Part shown: piece by piece, positions 60,546-64,000 of the stretch
Layout of the letters: every line of letters starts with the position of its first letter
How positions within the stretch are numbered: position 1 is the stretch's first letter
Source of the DNA: Lama guanicoe
Lineage: Eukaryota
Length of the DNA stretch: 64,000 bases
Assembly (NCBI GenBank): GCA_013239625.1
Contig: MU054338.1
Coordinates: 4,055,371-4,119,370, forward strand
Reading direction: 5' to 3'
Notes under the pieces: generated by a model
Databases searched by the model: none
What the model saw: the letters and a program-made list of their open reading frames with translations, nothing else
Told to the model about the DNA's origin: nothing
Program-made: the position numbers and the translations under genes

Positions 60546-63500
60546 GCAGGTGGTGTTCTCTGGAACCCCTGGCTCTTGGAGCGGTTTCTCACACTTACAA
60601 AAACGAAACCGGGCAATGCACTGGCCCGGGTGCACTGCGTGGTCTTCACGAAGAACTCGGTGGAGTTACATGTACTGACGCGGGACGGTCCACAGACATT
60701 TAGTTGAAAATTGTGTCTCTCTCTCTTCCCCTCCCTCCCTCTCTCACACACATACACACAGAAAAAAATGTGGTTTCTGGAAGGTTATTTATAGTGGTTA
60801 CTTCAAGGAAGTAGGCTGGAGCGAGGACCTCAATTCCCTGCAACATATATCACCTGTGTAGTCAGAAGTAACAAAAAATGTTTTAAAGTGCAACGTGGGC
60901 TGAACACTGCAGGCTGTGGGGTCTGAGACCCCACAGATGCCGAAGCAGCTCTGCCGCCATCGTGCTGTGTGACCCCGGGCCTGTCACCCTGCCCCTCTGG
61001 GCCTCAGTGAGAGGAGGAAACGAAACCCCAGGGTGCTGCATGCACAAAGAAGGTGGGAGAAAAGGCAGTGATTCTGGCGGGCGGCTGGGCCTCGCGGGAA
61101 GACCCGACACTGCCAAGCTGTCGCCAACAGCCAGAGGCAAGCCTCCGAGCCGCTCGCCAGGAACGGGCTGTGCCTGGAGGCCAGAAGTGCAAGGGAGACT
61201 TTGCTTCTGGACCTTTGAATTCCGAACACAGTGGTGCACTCCCACTGAGGGTACTCAGACAAAACCAGGTGGCAGCGGACTGACTCTGGAGTGCAGCCGG
61301 CTTCTGCACTTGCTGGGTGACACCAAGCAGGTCACACTGCCAGGTCTTGCCTTAGCTTTCTCACCTGTGAAATGGAGTAACAGACCCACCACAGACAAGC
61401 GCTCGGAAACACTGGTCATCATTACACTTGGACACGGTTAAGCTCCAAGTCATGCTGCCCGTGGAGGGAGGAAAGCAAAACCGTGAGCAGGAGGGAGCCC
61501 ACTGCTCCACAGTAAAGCCCTACTTACATGTGAATGTAAAACCCACCGGGAAATGGTCCGCAACAGACAGACACACCACCCTCACCCCTAGAAAGAGCAA
61601 AACACTAAGGGACAGAGGGATGGCAAGGGAAGAATTTCAGCTTTTTTTAACTCTGCATGTGTCACTATTATCTGAATTTTTGATACCCTGAATATATCCA
61701 TGCATCGATGAACAATGAAAAATTAAACCAAGGTAGGAGAAGAGCAAACACTACAATTTAAAGAGCTTCGAACGGAAACAAATATTTTTATGCTTAAAGT
61801 TAGCTTCTATTATCTGGAGCCCTAACTTAATGATCTGTCCCCAGTCTAACACCAAAAAGGGTTAGAGAGGAACCCAAAACATGAACACACATGTAAACTG
61901 GCAATTTGACAAAGAAATTTGGGACAAAACAGACAAAAAAGAAGAAAGGACCAGGCTTCCTAGGATGAACCTATGAGCACCTGGGGCAAAGGGGAACCCT
62001 GAGTCACTCTGGGGGGCGATATGCCTCAGTTACACAAGCGGGGTCGGGCTGCGCCTCTTCCCTCCCACATTAGTTCTTTCGAGGCACTTCTCTCCCAGGC
62101 TCCACACCGCCCTATAGGAAATGCAGATGCATCTGGGTCCCCCATGGAGGAAGAGAAAGATGCTACAGGGAAAGAAGACTAACTGGGCGGCACAGATGGC
62201 CAGCATCCATGTGGCTTGTCACAACTCGCAGCCCCTGACCTTCCCCGGGGTCCCCTCACACAATGCCCTCTCTGTTCCGGCTCCCCAGCAATCCAGCAGT
62301 GAGGCCGGCCCCCTTGCCGCCTCAACCAGCAATTGTCCCTGGCACAGAGCAGCCGCTCCAGAGGGCTGCCCACCTCCTGAACTCTGCAAAGCCCCAGGGA
62401 GCCCGGGAGCCCAGGGAGTGTGCAGGGTGGGCAGTCCCTCCACCAGCCCATAGGGTGAGGGCAAGGGGAGGAGATGTGCTGAACCCCAAGGGTCTGGGTT
62501 CTCTGCTTAACCACTCAGCACTGCTCTCCCCTGCCGAGTCATAATTTAAACTGAGGGCAAGTGGGGAAAGCCAGCTGGGCAGCCCAAGGCCACCTCCACT
62601 CAGGATCTGGAGGCCCCGGCACGCCCACAACACGTTGCCAGTCCTGCCACACTGCCTACGTCACTGTCTCCCCAACACACGGACATGTCCAAGAAGATGC
62701 CTCTGAGAGCTTCTGGCTTGGAAGCTGGCCTTACTTTAAAACAAAACAAAAAGCAAAAAAAAACCTTTCTGAATAAAGCCATGCATACTTCCCAGTAAAA
62801 TGTACAAGACGCCCTTTCTGTGACTTCAGCTAATGGCATTTGAGAAAAGTCATGGAAAGTTAGTGATGGTTAGGGCTCATTGTCCAATAATAGCTCACTG
62901 TGGGGAGCGGGGGTAGAGGGCAGGGAGGATGTCTACTATTAGCAGAAAACAACCAAAATAAGCTTTTTCACATTTTCTGTTTCTGACAATCAGGCTGTCT
63001 CTTGAAGTCAGCACGCACCCTTGACGGGCTGCTCCTCCTCCTCTGAAGTGTGCTGTTACTGTCGGTGCATCTCACAGCGCAGGGGCAGGGACCACAGGAA
63101 GCCACAAGGTCAAGGGCAGCTTCGGGGGAGTTTCTGCACCCACACTCCAAATGGCCCCAGCTGAGGGGCCGGCATTCACTCCCCAGCAAATGTCCGCAGG
63201 ACAAGGAGGGGGCTGCCAGCCCAATGTGGATGTGGGAAATGATGGTGCAGGTTTCTTTGCACGCGCACAACCTCTCGTCTCCATCCTACGATTAATCCTC
63301 TCCTGATCTCACCAATCACTCCAAGCCTGAGACTCAGGACTAGGGGGCCACTAGCTCCAATTTGAAAAGGAAAAAAGTTGAGATAGGTCAGCTCCCCGGC
63401 ACCTGCTCAAGCTGAAACCAAGCCACCAAGCCACACTCTCACATGGACACTTCAGGGCCCCCTTGCCCCTGGACACCGACCCTGCTTTCCCAGGGCACGG

Positions 63501-64000
63501 ATAAGTGCTTCCTGTATGGCGGCCACTGAACTAGCCCCAGGAAAAGTGAGACCAGGTCTGCCTGGTGACGGGGCGCGCTACCACAGAACAATCTGGGACA
63601 GGCATGAGGCAGGCGCCTTGCCAGGATTCTGAAGCCAAGGCCGCAAGATCTCATGGCCAAAGAGGCAGATGAGCCCAGAGGGGTCGGAGGGATCAACCCT
63701 TCCCTGAGGATCTCACAGCACACCCACTTGCTACACACAGGTCTGAGATGTCATTTTATAGAGCACATGTGATCACACACAGCCCCACTGAACGTCTCCT
63801 CCTACCCGTGGCCTCCTTTCTGAACCCAGATGTCCCTGACCTGCAAGCCTCTGCCACTCACCAGGAAGGCTGCCTTCCCGTCCTCTCTGCCCGGCTGACA
63901 CAGACTCACCCTGAGTCAAGAGTAAGCCTCTCTTCCTAAGGGAAACCTTTCCCAGCACCACCCCCCTTCCAAGGGCAGCCCTGTAGCCCGGGCAGTGGCC

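Noticed and set aside
56043..64000. MLLT1 exons 1-3 or a nested gene
   Set aside because: No YEATS N-terminal coding sequence found; the region reads as intron with L1 and MIR fragments.

Overview
Mammalian genomic DNA, probably camelid (inferred from two Vic-1-type tRNA-derived SINEs), covering the ACSBG2-MLLT1 locus. Plus strand, 1-~18.1 kb: the 3' part of ACSBG2 (bubblegum-family acyl-CoA synthetase). Ten coding exons were traced by hand in continuous phase, with the stop at 15887-15889, a probable 3'-UTR intron and a polyA signal at 18088. Minus strand, 56042-36.7 kb: MLLT1/ENL exons 4-12 plus a ~2.5 kb 3' UTR; exons 1-3 lie beyond the window. The intervening 18-36 kb is a nest of repeats (Tigger-type element, two L1 5' ends, ERVL gag remnant, nested L1 3' ends, solo LTR). 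It hides a frameshifted remnant of a second bubblegum gene (ACSBG3-like) whose downstream exons I could not find. That dead exon lies in a CpG island, has an 82-bp duplicated splice acceptor, and is followed by a 29-bp minisatellite of NRF1-type motifs, making it a candidate exapted germ-line promoter. MLLT1 introns also show a candidate in-frame 15-nt microexon (LSLNQ), a candidate poison exon and a NAGNAG acceptor. Gene and repeat names come from my recall of family sequences, not from database searches. Most ORFs in the supplied track are spurious. No CRISPR array, rRNA or true tRNA gene was seen.
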